Notes: generated from the sequence alone by a model not told the origin. A stretch of 64,000 bases of DNA from an uncultured bacterium (GCA_965369865.1 CBDURU010000002.1:3838-67837), one strand, 5' to 3'. Positions 20,067 to 30,397 are shown, numbered from the stretch's first letter. Made by a program: numbers and translations.

Positions 20067-20834
20067 TTGATGCTTACAGTGCGAAAAATCGTACAAATAG
20101 ACGAGGAAAAATGCGATGGCTGCGGATTGTGCGTGCCATCGTGCGCGGAGGGAGCGATCCAGATAATCGACGGGAAAGCCAGGGTTATCGATGATTCGTT
20201 CTGTGACGGGCTTGGCGCCTGTCTCGGGGACTGTCCCCAGGGAGCAATCACGATCATAGAAAGGGAAGCTCCGGCGTTCGATGAAGAAGCGGTGGGGATA
20301 CATCTTGCCGAGATTGCTAAGAAAGAAGCTCTAACCCCTGCTCCCGCACCGAAATCGCGTGTTTGTGGATGTCCGGGATCAGCGATGAGGACATTCGCTA
20401 AGGAAGCTCCGAAAGCAGCATTTCAAACGCAGGAGGCTCCTGTTGCAGTCATGGAATCAGCCCTGACAACATGGCCGGTGCAATTGATGCTCGTACCTCC
20501 GGTCGCGCCATTCCTTAAAAATGCCGATATTTTAATTACTGCTGACTGTGTGCCGTTCGCCCTGCCCGATTTCCATCAGCGGTTTTTAAATGGTCGTATC
20601 GTGCTGGTGGGTTGTCCGAAGCTCGATGATATCCAGCATTACCGGGAAAAACTCGAAGCGATTTTCAAAGAAGCTGAACCGAAAAGCGTGACTGTGCTCC
20701 GGATGGAAGTTCCGTGCTGTACCGGGATCGCGATGGCAACGAAAGAAGCTCTTGATGCGGTCGGGAACGGAACACCATTTGAATCAAAAATCATCGGAGT
20801 CCAGGGAGATATCCGGGAGGACCGGAACCTGTAG
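20067..20834 (+). CDS. 4Fe-4S dicluster ferredoxin-domain protein with uncharacterized C-terminal domain
   Basis: CDGCGLCVPSC and CDGLGACLGDCP motifs. Starts 8 bp after the Rrf2 stop. Confidence 0.6.
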   Translation: MMLTVRKIVQIDEEKCDGCGLCVPSCAEGAIQIIDGKARVIDDSFCDGLGACLGDCPQGAITIIEREAPAFDEEAVGIHLAEIAKKEALTPAPAPKSRVCGCPGSAMRTFAKEAPKAAFQTQEAPVAVMESALTTWPVQLMLVPPVAPFLKNADILITADCVPFALPDFHQRFLNGRIVLVGCPKLDDIQHYREKLEAIFKEAEPKSVTVLRMEVPCCTGIAMATKEALDAVGNGTPFESKIIGVQGDIREDRNL

Positions 20835-20880
20835 AAAATAACGCTGGAGGGTCCAGCGAAAAAATAGAATTACACAAAAG

Positions 20881-20910
20881 CACCGGCAGAAAGCCGGTGT
20901 TATTTTATTG
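20881..20910 (+). terminator. intrinsic terminator
   Basis: CACCGGCAGAAAGCCGGTG followed by TTATTTTATTG. Confidence 0.7.
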
Positions 20911-20934
20911 TCGGGTGGATTGTTGCCTGGCAGG

Positions 20935-21158
20935 CCACTCACTAACGTTCGTGGTACTGATGCGGTTCGTTCGGACTAAGGCCACTCCCTGACGGTCGCG
21001 GTACTGTGAATATTCACTCCCTGACGGTCGCGGCTCTGATACGGTTCGTGGTACTGTGAATGTCCACTCCCTGACGGTCGCGGCTCTGATACGGTTCGTG
21101 GTACTGTGAATGTCCACTTCCTGACGGTCGCGGCTCTGATGCGGTTCGTTCGGACTAA
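20935..21158. repeat. tandem array, about 5 copies of a 50-57-bp unit (repeat family 3)
   Basis: Unit cactccctgacggtcgcggctctgatacggttcgtggtactgtgaatgtc, with end units cactcactaacgttcgtggtactgatgcggttcgttcggactaa. Abuts the acs stop codon. Confidence 0.8.
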
Positions 21159-23116
21159 TCTTGATCCTTGCCCGATGCCAGATCCGACAGGTTCTTAAGC
21201 ACTCCATGATCCTCAAGAGTACTCGTATCACCGCTTGCGACTTCACCGTTCGCTATGGACTTCAACAGGCGCCGCATGATCTTCCCGGACCTGGTTTTGG
21301 GAAGGGCTTCGGTGAAGATAAGTTTTTTCGGACGCGCAATCGCGCCGATTTCCTTATCAACGTGGGCTTTCAGTTCCTTGATAATTTCTTCGCCCGGCTC
21401 GATACCCATTTTAAGAGTGACAAATGCGCAGACAGCCTCACCGGTCAGGTCATCCTTCATTCCGACAACAGCCGCCTCGGCAACCTTGGGATGCGCGACA
21501 ATCGCGCTCTCGATTTCCATGGTGCCCAGGCGGTGACCCGCTACGTTCAGGACATCGTCCAAACGGCCCATGATCCAGAAATAACCGTCCTCATCAGTAC
21601 GCGCTGAGTCGCCGGCATAATATTTATGGGGAATCTGCGACCAGTATGCCTGCTTGTATCGCTCATCGTCGTTGTAAAGGGTCTGGAGCATCGCAGGCCA
21701 GGGTTGCTTGATAACCAGCCGTCCACCACTTCCGAGCGGGACCACCTCTCCGGACTCGTTGACGATTTCGGGATTGACACCGGGAAGCGGACGTGTGCAT
21801 GAGCCGGGTTTGGTCGGGGTCGCACCGGGTAGAGGGCTGATCATGATGCTCCCGGTTTCGGTCTGCCACCATGTATCGACTATCGGGCAATTCTCATTAC
21901 CGATATTCTTGTGATACCAGATCCAGGCTTCAGGGTTGATCGGCTCACCGACAGTCCCAAGCAGACGGAGTGACGAGAGATCGAATTTCTGGGGATGCTG
22001 CTCGCCCCATCTCATGAACGCGCGAATCGCTGTCGGTGCCGTGTAGAACGTATTAATCCTGTATTTTTCAACCATTTCCCAGAATCGTCCCTCATGAGGG
22101 AAATTCGGCGCGCCTTCGAACATGACCGATGTGGCACCATTGGCGAGTGGCCCATAAACGATATATGAATGCCCGGTTACCCAGCCGATATCCGCTGTGC
22201 ACCAGAATGTATCCTCTTCCTTGATATCGAAAACCAGCTTGGTGGTGTGGTAGGTTCCGACCATGTATCCACCGGTTGAATGCTGGACACCCTTGGGTTT
22301 TCCAGTTGAACCGGAAGTATAGAGGATAAACAGCGGATGGGTGGATTCGACCGGCGTGGCCTCGCATACTCCGCTCTGGCCGTCTATCAGGTCATGCCAC
22401 CAGATATCCTTATCATCGATCCAGTCAACCGGTCCACCGACGCGTTTAACGACTATATTCTTCTCAATTGTCGGGCAGTTTTTGATTGCTTCATCGGTGT
22501 TAGCCTTGAGCGGAACATGCTTGCCTCGACGCCAGCCCTGGTCGGCGCAGATGACAATCTTAGCTCCGACATCGTTGATCCTGTCCTTCAGGGCTTCAGC
22601 GGAAAACCCGCCGAAAACTATCGAATGCGGTGCCCCTATTCTGGCGCAGCCAAGCATAGCGATAGCAAGCTCGGGAATCATCGGCATGTAAAGGCAGACA
22701 CGGTCGCCTTTCTCGACACCCAGGCTTTTCAAGCCGTTGGCGAACCTGCACACCTCATGGTGAAGCTGCTGATAAGTGAAAGTCCTCTGATCCCCCGGCT
22801 CGCCTTCCCAGATGATGGCAGCCTTGTTTTTCCTCGCGGTTTCGAGATGCCTGTCGAGGCAGTTATAGCTGATGTTTGTAACTCCGCCTTTGAACCATTC
22901 GGCAAATGGCTCGTTCCATACAAGAACCTCCTTAGGCTCTTCAAACCAGAAGAGTTCGCTGGCGATTTCAGACCAGAACTCTTCAGGATTTTCAATGCTT
23001 CGTTTCCAAAGTGCCTCGTACTCCTCCATACTCTTGACATGAGCATTACTGGAGAATTCCTTCGATGGATAAAAAACTCTTGTTTCCTTAAGTTTGGATT
23101 CAATGTCTACAGTCAT
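21155..23116 (-). CDS. acs: acetyl-CoA synthetase (AMP-forming)
   Basis: 653 aa, [14 protein letters not shown]-binding motif, overall Acs pattern. Confidence 0.9.
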   Translation of the reverse strand: MTVDIESKLKETRVFYPSKEFSSNAHVKSMEEYEALWKRSIENPEEFWSEIASELFWFEEPKEVLVWNEPFAEWFKGGVTNISYNCLDRHLETARKNKAAIIWEGEPGDQRTFTYQQLHHEVCRFANGLKSLGVEKGDRVCLYMPMIPELAIAMLGCARIGAPHSIVFGGFSAEALKDRINDVGAKIVICADQGWRRGKHVPLKANTDEAIKNCPTIEKNIVVKRVGGPVDWIDDKDIWWHDLIDGQSGVCEATPVESTHPLFILYTSGSTGKPKGVQHSTGGYMVGTYHTTKLVFDIKEEDTFWCTADIGWVTGHSYIVYGPLANGATSVMFEGAPNFPHEGRFWEMVEKYRINTFYTAPTAIRAFMRWGEQHPQKFDLSSLRLLGTVGEPINPEAWIWYHKNIGNENCPIVDTWWQTETGSIMISPLPGATPTKPGSCTRPLPGVNPEIVNESGEVVPLGSGGRLVIKQPWPAMLQTLYNDDERYKQAYWSQIPHKYYAGDSARTDEDGYFWIMGRLDDVLNVAGHRLGTMEIESAIVAHPKVAEAAVVGMKDDLTGEAVCAFVTLKMGIEPGEEIIKELKAHVDKEIGAIARPKKLIFTEALPKTRSGKIMRRLLKSIANGEVASGDTSTLEDHGVLKNLSDLASGKDQD

Positions 23117-23457
23117 ATGACCACCTGTGTCCTTAAAATTTTCCTTTTGAATTGAAATTTTTTCCTATACAAATACTTCTTAACTACCTATAGAGGGGTT
23201 TATTAATGGTAAATTCCCTCTGAAGCGCACCTATATTTACTCCGACCAGAGCACATTTTCAAGTAAAATGAGACTGTTTGCTAAAATTTTCACAATAATA
23301 TTGAGTTTTTACTCATTTTCTTGTGAAAATTTGCGCAAATGGAGAGCATTCTTTGATTTAAGAGCTCAGACGTTTGAATAAATTTTCAGGAAATTCAGAC
23401 CCTCTTCTCGCTGAAAAATGACTGGGTTACCTGACTAACCCACTTAAGCCCGGGTTT

Positions 23458-24210
23458 TCATATAAATTTCTGGAGCAAGACTACCGATGTAATTTCATCA
23501 TGCTCATCAGTAATAACCTTTGGGAAACATTGAACGGGCAACTCTTTCCCATCTTTTGTCACAAAGGTTACGGTACACTGATAATCATTATCTTTTAACA
23601 CGGAAGGAAAAATCTCTTTGAAATGCTGTTTTGATTGCGCATCGAGGAACTCATCGATGCTATGGCCTGAAAGTTCAATTTTTCTATATCCCAGAGCCTG
23701 GCACATCACAGGATTTAACGTAAGGATCTTTCCTTTGTCATTAAGGATGATTATCGGATCAACAGACGCGTCGAAGACAATATTGAATCTTTCCTCAAGC
23801 TCAGAGATAAGTTCCATGGCGGTGGTTTTCACAGTGATATCCATGGCAAACGCGCAACTAAAATCGTCATCCCCAAGTTTTACCCGGTACGTCCTAACCT
23901 CAACAGGAATTAAAGAACCATCCTTCCTTTTATGTCTTGTTTCAAAAGGATCACCCGCACTATTCTTTACTTCTTCCCAGTGATGCGGCCATTCGGCCTG
24001 GTCATACCACGGGTCTATATCCGCGACCGTCATTTTTAAGAGTTCTTTTTCTGTGTACCCAAGCGATTCACAACTAGCCTTGTTTACATAATGAAACTCA
24101 GCATTTTCATCGATCAGAAAAACCGCTGCCGGGAAATTATCCACAGCAAATCTCATGAACTCCTTGAGCTCTTGAGATGAGAGTTCCCTCTCATGCGACT
24201 TCTCCGTCAT
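23458..24210 (-). CDS. tandem PAS-domain sensor protein
   Basis: Two PAS-like segments, no output domain. Confidence 0.6.
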   Translation of the reverse strand: MTEKSHERELSSQELKEFMRFAVDNFPAAVFLIDENAEFHYVNKASCESLGYTEKELLKMTVADIDPWYDQAEWPHHWEEVKNSAGDPFETRHKRKDGSLIPVEVRTYRVKLGDDDFSCAFAMDITVKTTAMELISELEERFNIVFDASVDPIIILNDKGKILTLNPVMCQALGYRKIELSGHSIDEFLDAQSKQHFKEIFPSVLKDNDYQCTVTFVTKDGKELPVQCFPKVITDEHDEITSVVLLQKFI

Positions 24211-24404
24211 GAGATCATCCTCCTATTTTTAAATGTCGTAGATCGTTTTGTGGAATGGAGTGCCTAAGCTAATAATATTATAATTATTTCATTTGTCAAT
24301 AAGTACAGGAATTATTCAGCCCTGGAAATTTTCACGATTGTAAATTCTGTCAGTGTTCAAGCCTGGTAAACAAATGTAGACCTGAATATCAGGTTCCATA
24401 TATT

Positions 24405-25841
24405 TTACCACTGACGACGGATTGTGTACTCCAGCATAGTTTCCCCATCCGACTCGACCGGGATGATAAATTCGACCGTGCTGGCGTCCTTCTGGAGATA
24501 TTCCATGTTTGAGCGGAGAACCTCCCAGTCACCCCAGACATGGTCCCAGTAAATTATTTCTACATTATCCGTTTTATGGTTGCGAATCGTGACCTCGACA
24601 TCATACTCCCAGGTGTCATAACGAATTTCTTTGCGGTCCATAACCACCCGCTCACCGACAATGTCGAACGCTTCGCCCATTAAAATTTCAATTTCCTCGT
24701 CTTTTGGAGTGTGGTCAACACGATCCTCCCCGATAAATTGAAGCGAGCCTGACGAATCCTCCTTGTAAACCCTGATCAGACCTGCCGGAATTGGAATTCC
24801 AAGCCCATTTTCTTCGGAGTTCATAAAATTGAGCCTGACTTCAATTTCAGCTTCAGCGGTATCGCCGGAGTAATAGTAAGCGTAGCCGGGATCGAAAATG
24901 AACAATTTCTCAACCCCGATCCCCTCCCCTTCAAGAAGGCTTATCTGTTTCTGCTGGTTATTGAGGACAGTCGCAAGTCGCTGGAGGGTGTAAAGGTGGT
25001 ATTCGAAGAACGATTCTTCGACGAAACCAAAATCATCCATGGCGCTATCCGTCATTTCAGACTTCAGGTACAATTCTCCGAGTGCATAATCATATTCAGG
25101 AATCCTGTGAACTTCCCCGGCAACGAGTTTCAGTTCAGCATCGTAGTAGGCGGTTCCGGAATTATTGTTGATTGTCACCCATCCTGAGAGATCGAGGACA
25201 TCATCGTTTTGCCCGACAATTGCCACATAATTCGCTTCCCAGCCAAGACCGTCGGTAAGGTAGCTCATTTCGCATTCCGCGATCATGTCGCGGCTGGAAA
25301 TCAGCGACCATCGCAAAGTCGGACGGGTGATAAGCCCTTCGGGGAGATCGTCGAACGTGACCTCGATGGGATTATTGATGATATTTATCCCCGACCTGGT
25401 CTGGATAACGAGGTTGCCGTCGTACGAAAGTAAAATCCCGTCGATTGTACGGCCGTCCTCGGTCCGAACCTCGATATGGTTATCGATGTGAGCTTCGTAA
25501 AGCGCCGCGGTCGATACGAGGTCATACTCGTAATTCTGCTCGAGGATGGTAAGTGAATCAGGGTCTGATTCATTTACAAAATGGACGCTGGTGGGGTCCA
25601 TCTGCGAAGCGACGTCCATAAAGATGAGATCAAATTCGGCACGCGGTAACTCGATTTCGCGGGTGTCTTTTACGAGGCCCGTCCCGTCGTTGTAGATCGT
25701 GACGGCCATAAATGTCTGATCCTCGAAAGTAGTTGTGACCTGCGGTCCGGCGATGATACTCCCTGGTACCAGGAACATGATTACGATCAGGACGATGAGT
25801 ACGGGTAGAGAAATTAATCCTATGGGTTTTATGTATTTCAT
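24405..25841 (-). CDS. DUF4139/DUF4140 (MuiA-like) secreted protein, copy 1
   Basis: Signal/TM N-terminus then MAVTIYNDGTGLVKDTR...SVHFV pattern. Roughly 70% identical to ORF 26072..27514. Confidence 0.5.
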   Translation of the reverse strand: MKYIKPIGLISLPVLIVLIVIMFLVPGSIIAGPQVTTTFEDQTFMAVTIYNDGTGLVKDTREIELPRAEFDLIFMDVASQMDPTSVHFVNESDPDSLTILEQNYEYDLVSTAALYEAHIDNHIEVRTEDGRTIDGILLSYDGNLVIQTRSGINIINNPIEVTFDDLPEGLITRPTLRWSLISSRDMIAECEMSYLTDGLGWEANYVAIVGQNDDVLDLSGWVTINNNSGTAYYDAELKLVAGEVHRIPEYDYALGELYLKSEMTDSAMDDFGFVEESFFEYHLYTLQRLATVLNNQQKQISLLEGEGIGVEKLFIFDPGYAYYYSGDTAEAEIEVRLNFMNSEENGLGIPIPAGLIRVYKEDSSGSLQFIGEDRVDHTPKDEEIEILMGEAFDIVGERVVMDRKEIRYDTWEYDVEVTIRNHKTDNVEIIYWDHVWGDWEVLRSNMEYLQKDASTVEFIIPVESDGETMLEYTIRRQW

Positions 25842-25870
25842 TTTGATGTTCCTTTATTTACAAATTTTAC

Positions 25871-26056
25871 TGCCCCCCTGTAATCCCCCCGCAAGCGGGG
25901 GGATGGTTTTTTTACCTCCCCCCAACTTGGAGGGGATGGTGTTTTTACCTCCCCCCAACTTGGAGGGGATGGTTTTTTTACCTCCCCCCAACTTGGGGGG
26001 GATGGTTTTTTTACCTCCCCCCCACTTGGGGGGGATTGAGGGGGGGGTCGGTTTTT
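25871..26056. repeat. tandem array of 5 G/C hairpins each followed by a T-tract (terminator-like units on the + strand)
   Basis: ccccccgcaagcgggggg-atggttttttt, then 4x acctccccccaacttggaggggatggt(g)ttttt. Confidence 0.8.
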
Positions 26057-26071
26057 TCATATCCTCGACCA

Positions 26072-27514
26072 TTACCATTCTCTACGGATCGTGTATTCAA
26101 GGACAGTTTCGCCGTCGGATGCGACAGGAATGATAAACTCAACCGTGCTGGCGTCTTTCTGTTCATATTCATGCGTGCTTCGACGTACTTCCCAGTCGCC
26201 CCAGACATAGTCCCAGTACACGATTTCAACTCTTTCCTCTTTATGGTTCCTGATAGTCACTTCGACATCGTACTCCCAGGTGTCGTATCGGATTTCGCGC
26301 CGGTCCATAACTACCCGTTCGCCGACAATGTCGAATGCTTCACCTAACAGAATTTCGATTTCCTCGTCCTTGGGAGTGTGGTCGATTGCGTCTTCACCGA
26401 TGAATTGCAGCGAACCGGATGAATCTTCCTTGTAAACCCGCATTAATCCCTTTGGTAAAGGAATTCCAAGTCCGTTTGCTTCCGAATTCATGAATTGCAG
26501 CCTGACTTCGATATCAGCCTCCGCAGTGTCGCCGCGACCGTAATATGAGTAGCCCGGATCGAAAACGAAAATCTTATCGACAGTTATTCCTTCGCCTTCC
26601 AGGAGGCTGATCTGTTTCTGCTGGTTATTAAGGACTGTCGCGGGTCGCTGGAGGGTGTAAAGGTGATATTCGAAAAATGATTCTTCTTCAAATCCTCCCC
26701 CTGCACCGAGAGCAGCGTAACCATTCATGGCCATGGGTGCTGCCATTCTGGCGTATTCTGGCTGAACCCTGTTCACTTCACCCGCGACGAGTTTCAAAGT
26801 CGCATCGTTGTAAGCCGTACCGGAATTGTTGTTGATCGTTACCCAGCCAGTGAGATCGAGACGGTCATCGTTCTGATTAACAATCACCACATAATTCGCG
26901 CGCCAGCTAATCCCCGATGTCAGGTAGCTCATCTCGCATTCATGCGTACCCGAAGCGCCGTTTATAAGCGACCATTTCAATGTCGGACGGGTGATCAGGC
27001 CTTCGGGAAGCTCCTCGAACTGGATCTCGACCGGATTATTCACGATCACGATCCCATCGCGGGTTTGGATGACAAGGCTGCCGCCGGAGGATAGCAAAAT
27101 CCCGCTGACAGAGCGTCCATCCTCGGTCCGAATCTCGATTTCCTTGTCGATGTAACGCCTGAACAGGGCTTCGGTCGATACGAGATCGTATTCATAATTT
27201 TGTTCAAGGATCGTGATGGCGTCGGGATTTGTGTTCGACACGAAATGGACGCTGGTCGGGTCCATCGACGACGCGACATCCATGAAGACCAGGTTAATCT
27301 CGCCTTCAGGCAGGTTCAGATTTCTCGTGTCTTTCACAAGGCCTGTACCGTCGTTATAGATCGTGATAGCCATGTCCGACTGGTCATCGGATGTTGTCTC
27401 GACGATCGAGCCATCTGCAACCGCATGCGGAATAAATGTCACTAATGCAAGAATAAGCATCAGTGCTGGTATAGCGACTGTAAGTCGTGGGGTATTCATG
27501 AGGGGGTATTTCAT
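26072..27514 (-). CDS. DUF4139/DUF4140 (MuiA-like) secreted protein, copy 2
   Basis: Paralog of ORF 24405..25841. Start chosen at MKYPLMNTPRL, preceded by GGAGGA; a 15-bp direct repeat duplicates MKYPL. Confidence 0.5.
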   Translation of the reverse strand: MKYPLMNTPRLTVAIPALMLILALVTFIPHAVADGSIVETTSDDQSDMAITIYNDGTGLVKDTRNLNLPEGEINLVFMDVASSMDPTSVHFVSNTNPDAITILEQNYEYDLVSTEALFRRYIDKEIEIRTEDGRSVSGILLSSGGSLVIQTRDGIVIVNNPVEIQFEELPEGLITRPTLKWSLINGASGTHECEMSYLTSGISWRANYVVIVNQNDDRLDLTGWVTINNNSGTAYNDATLKLVAGEVNRVQPEYARMAAPMAMNGYAALGAGGGFEEESFFEYHLYTLQRPATVLNNQQKQISLLEGEGITVDKIFVFDPGYSYYGRGDTAEADIEVRLQFMNSEANGLGIPLPKGLMRVYKEDSSGSLQFIGEDAIDHTPKDEEIEILLGEAFDIVGERVVMDRREIRYDTWEYDVEVTIRNHKEERVEIVYWDYVWGDWEVRRSTHEYEQKDASTVEFIIPVASDGETVLEYTIRREW

Positions 27515-27648
27515 GAGGGGGTATCCTCCATTTTTATTTCGAAATAAGAACGCAGACTGCACAACGTGAAATAGGACACGTGAATTGTAACCGAGGGTTC
27601 AGAAATTTACTAACCGGAGAAGAAGATATCCGCAATAATTAACAACAT

Positions 27649-27717
27649 ACCGTAGAACCGCATGGCAATGCGTCGATTGTTTATTACCGAGGACGCACTG
27701 CCGTGCAGTTCTACGGG
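27649..27717. terminator. conserved-arm hairpin (repeat family 2), likely terminator of ORF 27711..28625
   Basis: ccgtagaaccgcatggcaatgcgtc...gacgcactgccgtgcagttctacgg. Same arms as the hairpin at 41684. Confidence 0.55.
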
Positions 27718-28625
27718 ATGTCCATCGAATTTATCTGCTTAAATCTCCACCTGAGGTAGAAGATGTAGGCGATAATCCAGATAGCGATGACGGTGTAGGA
27801 GATGTTGATCATTAATAGGTTGAGTCGGACTTCTCTTTCATAACCTTTAACATCGAATCCTGTTATGGAATAACTCTGTAAGGTTAGTCGAGTATCATTC
27901 TCACCGATCTGTGAATTATACTCATCCTCAAATTCCTGTAATAAATGATCATTCTCTGGATCACCAAGAAAACGGACTGCCATACCCGAGAAGAGAACAG
28001 TATCAACATAATCTAAAGTTAAATATTCCAGTATCAGTGGGAGGTATTCCTTATCGTCAACAGGATCAATAAAATTAACGATTGTACTGAGCGCGCAGAT
28101 TGACAACGAATCAGCAAGGTCAACCTCGTCTCTTATCTTATTCGGGGGTTCATCAAATGGAGTCAATAAATACCTGACATTATTAAGCTCAAGTCCACCA
28201 CTCACCGCTGTGTTAAGTACAATACGCAACCTTTCTTCAGGATTATCCCTAAGTTTAAAGAGAACAAACTGACTTACTGTAGCAATTTTCGGATATGTTG
28301 AATTAGTAGCATTTAAAAGCACATCTCTAACTATCGGCTCATCTGCATGATGCAGTAATAGAGTGAATTTAGTATTATTGTAAGAATTTGATGAAGCCCC
28401 AATTATCAAGGATTCAGCTTCCGTTTTGGTTAGCAGTCTATCCCAGGCAATCATGTATTCAATCTCATCCCACCAGATTTCGGTTTTTATAGACATTGAT
28501 GTAATAGTATTCTCTAAAGTTAGCGGGACAAGCAAAATAGGAGCTATTACGCTGAATAGGTATGTCAGAACAATAGCCCAGAATAGCAATTTCAGCTTGG
28601 ATATGATCTTTGACAACTTTCCCAT
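27711..28625 (-). CDS. membrane protein, unknown function
   Basis: N-terminal and C-terminal TM helices flanking a roughly 230-aa extracytoplasmic domain. Confidence 0.5.
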   Translation of the reverse strand: MGKLSKIISKLKLLFWAIVLTYLFSVIAPILLVPLTLENTITSMSIKTEIWWDEIEYMIAWDRLLTKTEAESLIIGASSNSYNNTKFTLLLHHADEPIVRDVLLNATNSTYPKIATVSQFVLFKLRDNPEERLRIVLNTAVSGGLELNNVRYLLTPFDEPPNKIRDEVDLADSLSICALSTIVNFIDPVDDKEYLPLILEYLTLDYVDTVLFSGMAVRFLGDPENDHLLQEFEDEYNSQIGENDTRLTLQSYSITGFDVKGYEREVRLNLLMINISYTVIAIWIIAYIFYLRWRFKQINSMDIP

Positions 28626-28867
28626 GATGGTCCTCTGCTACATTCTGCATTAAATCTCCGTATATTTAAAGACCACAGAGATTATCGGAAAGCTCAATAA
28701 TCTTGGAATCATTCGAACACCGGGGACAGGCACCCAGATTTGCCGGGTAGTTTGGAGTGGGAGTGGACGTATGTATTAGCGGCAAATCTGTGAGCCAGTC
28801 CCCTGAACGGAAATTAGATTCAAGGGGATTAGTGGACATGGTAGACCGCTCACTGGCGTTCGCGACT

Positions 28868-28975
28868 CTGATATACGGTTCTGATATACGGTTCTGATAT
28901 ACAGTTCTGATATACGGTTCTGATATACGGTTCTGATATACGGTTCTGATATACGGTTCTGATATGTGGTACTGG
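28868..28975. repeat. tandem 15-bp repeat, about 7 copies
   Basis: (ggttctgatatacgg)n, with one variant cagttctgatatacgg. Confidence 0.85.
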
Positions 28976-29049
28976 TATAAGACTGGTGGCCCCTCATAAC
29001 CAGCCCCGTGCTGGTTAGGAGGGTCCTGCAATCCATCTACATGCTCCAA

Positions 29050-29129
29050 ACAGTACCGCGAACGTTAGTGAGTGGTCTGCCAAATCCACTTATCTACCAT
29101 CCAGACCACTCACTAACGTTCGCGGTACT
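29050..29129. repeat. 29-bp perfect inverted repeat
   Basis: cagtaccgcgaacgttagtgagtggtctg ... cagaccactcactaacgttcgcggtactg, with a 22-bp spacer. Core shared with the 20935 array. Confidence 0.85.
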
Positions 29130-29161
29130 GATACAGACACGCACTCACATCGGGACTTCAC

Positions 29162-30397
29162 TCACATCGGGTCTTCGGGTAAAACCATATCGACCGGAAT
29201 AATAATAAGCTCCTCCGGTTCGCCCTGCAAAGCATAGATATTTACCCCGTCCAGCGAAATCGCGACGTCCCTGAAATATGAATCCGTGAGGTTTTCAATT
29301 CTCGATGTAAAAACCGCCCCGTCACCGGCCAGATCGATAATGGCAAGGTCGGATGTGAAAACCCAGCGCATCGATTCCGGGAAATTTCCTCGGATCATAT
29401 TCCGGTATGTATTCACAAACGACCATGTCGCGGGCGGTCCCCAGTCGGAAAGAATCGCGAATGCAAACGATCCTGTGGGCGATGTTGCGAAGTCACCCAC
29501 GCCGGCGGTTCCTATAAAAATCGGTTCGCTCTCTCCCGGACCGGTGATAAATGAAAACGCAGGCTCCATGAGATTTCCTTCGCCCTGCTTACTGCCGGAG
29601 CACGCCACCAGGATTCCCGCCTCGGATTCCGCGAGCCTGCTCGGGTTAATTCCCACCCAGGATTTATCGAGTAAATCGAGAGTATCGGCATCGTATGCCC
29701 AGACCCACGCACCGTACGGCGGTCCCATAGTGCCGTCCGCCTGTTCACTCCACTGAAGCTCAAGGTCGGTTACATAAAGAGTGCCATCTCTTTCAGCGAT
29801 CGCCCACGGGATTTTTCCGCACGATGCCTGAGATTCGATTTCAAGAATTATTTCACCCGTCTCGTCGAAATTCATACTGAGCTTATAAATTATGCCCTCG
29901 TATGCGTACTGCATCCCGCTGGCGATATAGATAGTCCCGGAATATTTCGAATAAACCGCGTTGCACGAACCATCGAGTTCGAATTCATTTAACACCTGGC
30001 CATTCGATTGATCGATGACTAGTAAAACGCCCCGATCGATTATTTGATCGTCCAACGGTTCGCCGACCAGGTACAGCCCGGTTCCGAACTGGCAGAAGGC
30101 AAGGGCTGTCGGACGGATCGTGAGGGGAACATCGATAAGCACGGTTCCGTCTTCAGGATCGAGCGCCACAAGGTTCCCGGACTGGTGGAAGAAAGTCCAG
30201 ATATTGCCATTGAGAGGTTCAATGACTAGGGGTCCCGCGCCTGTACCTGGAAGTTCCCAGGATATAATATCCCCAGCGCTGGATTCTTCCCCAGGCACAT
30301 CGGCATCCTGGGCTGCCGCATAACCGGAATTAACACTTAGAACCAGGAATATGACAGCGGTAATGAATAGCCCCTGAATAGATCTCATGACAGACAC
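29162..30397 (-). CDS. secreted beta-propeller (YVTN-repeat-like) protein
   Basis: Signal peptide MRSIQGLFITAVIFLVLSVNSGYAAAQD. Repeated DG-T-YV motifs including GTLYVTDLE. Confidence 0.5.
   Translation of the reverse strand: MSVMRSIQGLFITAVIFLVLSVNSGYAAAQDADVPGEESSAGDIISWELPGTGAGPLVIEPLNGNIWTFFHQSGNLVALDPEDGTVLIDVPLTIRPTALAFCQFGTGLYLVGEPLDDQIIDRGVLLVIDQSNGQVLNEFELDGSCNAVYSKYSGTIYIASGMQYAYEGIIYKLSMNFDETGEIILEIESQASCGKIPWAIAERDGTLYVTDLELQWSEQADGTMGPPYGAWVWAYDADTLDLLDKSWVGINPSRLAESEAGILVACSGSKQGEGNLMEPAFSFITGPGESEPIFIGTAGVGDFATSPTGSFAFAILSDWGPPATWSFVNTYRNMIRGNFPESMRWVFTSDLAIIDLAGDGAVFTSRIENLTDSYFRDVAISLDGVNIYALQGEPEELIIIPVDMVLPEDPM

Noticed and set aside
23250-23330. TGTGA-N6-GCGCA half CRP/FNR-like site and 12-bp inverted repeat upstream of acs
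   Set aside because: Only one half-site matches consensus. Too weak to call a regulator binding site.
25735-26133. ORFs encoding MVFLPPPNLEG / GGGKKTIPPKL repeats
   Set aside because: Both are read-through of the G/C hairpin tandem array on the two strands, and overlap real gene ends.
28868-28975. Possible CRISPR array
   Set aside because: Units are contiguous 15-bp tandem copies with no unique spacers, and there are no cas genes.
28666-29049. ORFs 28666..29049 and 28776..29036 encoding ISEPYIRTVYQNR repeats
   Set aside because: They are pure translation of the 15-bp DNA tandem repeat, with no RBS or start context. Treated as non-coding.
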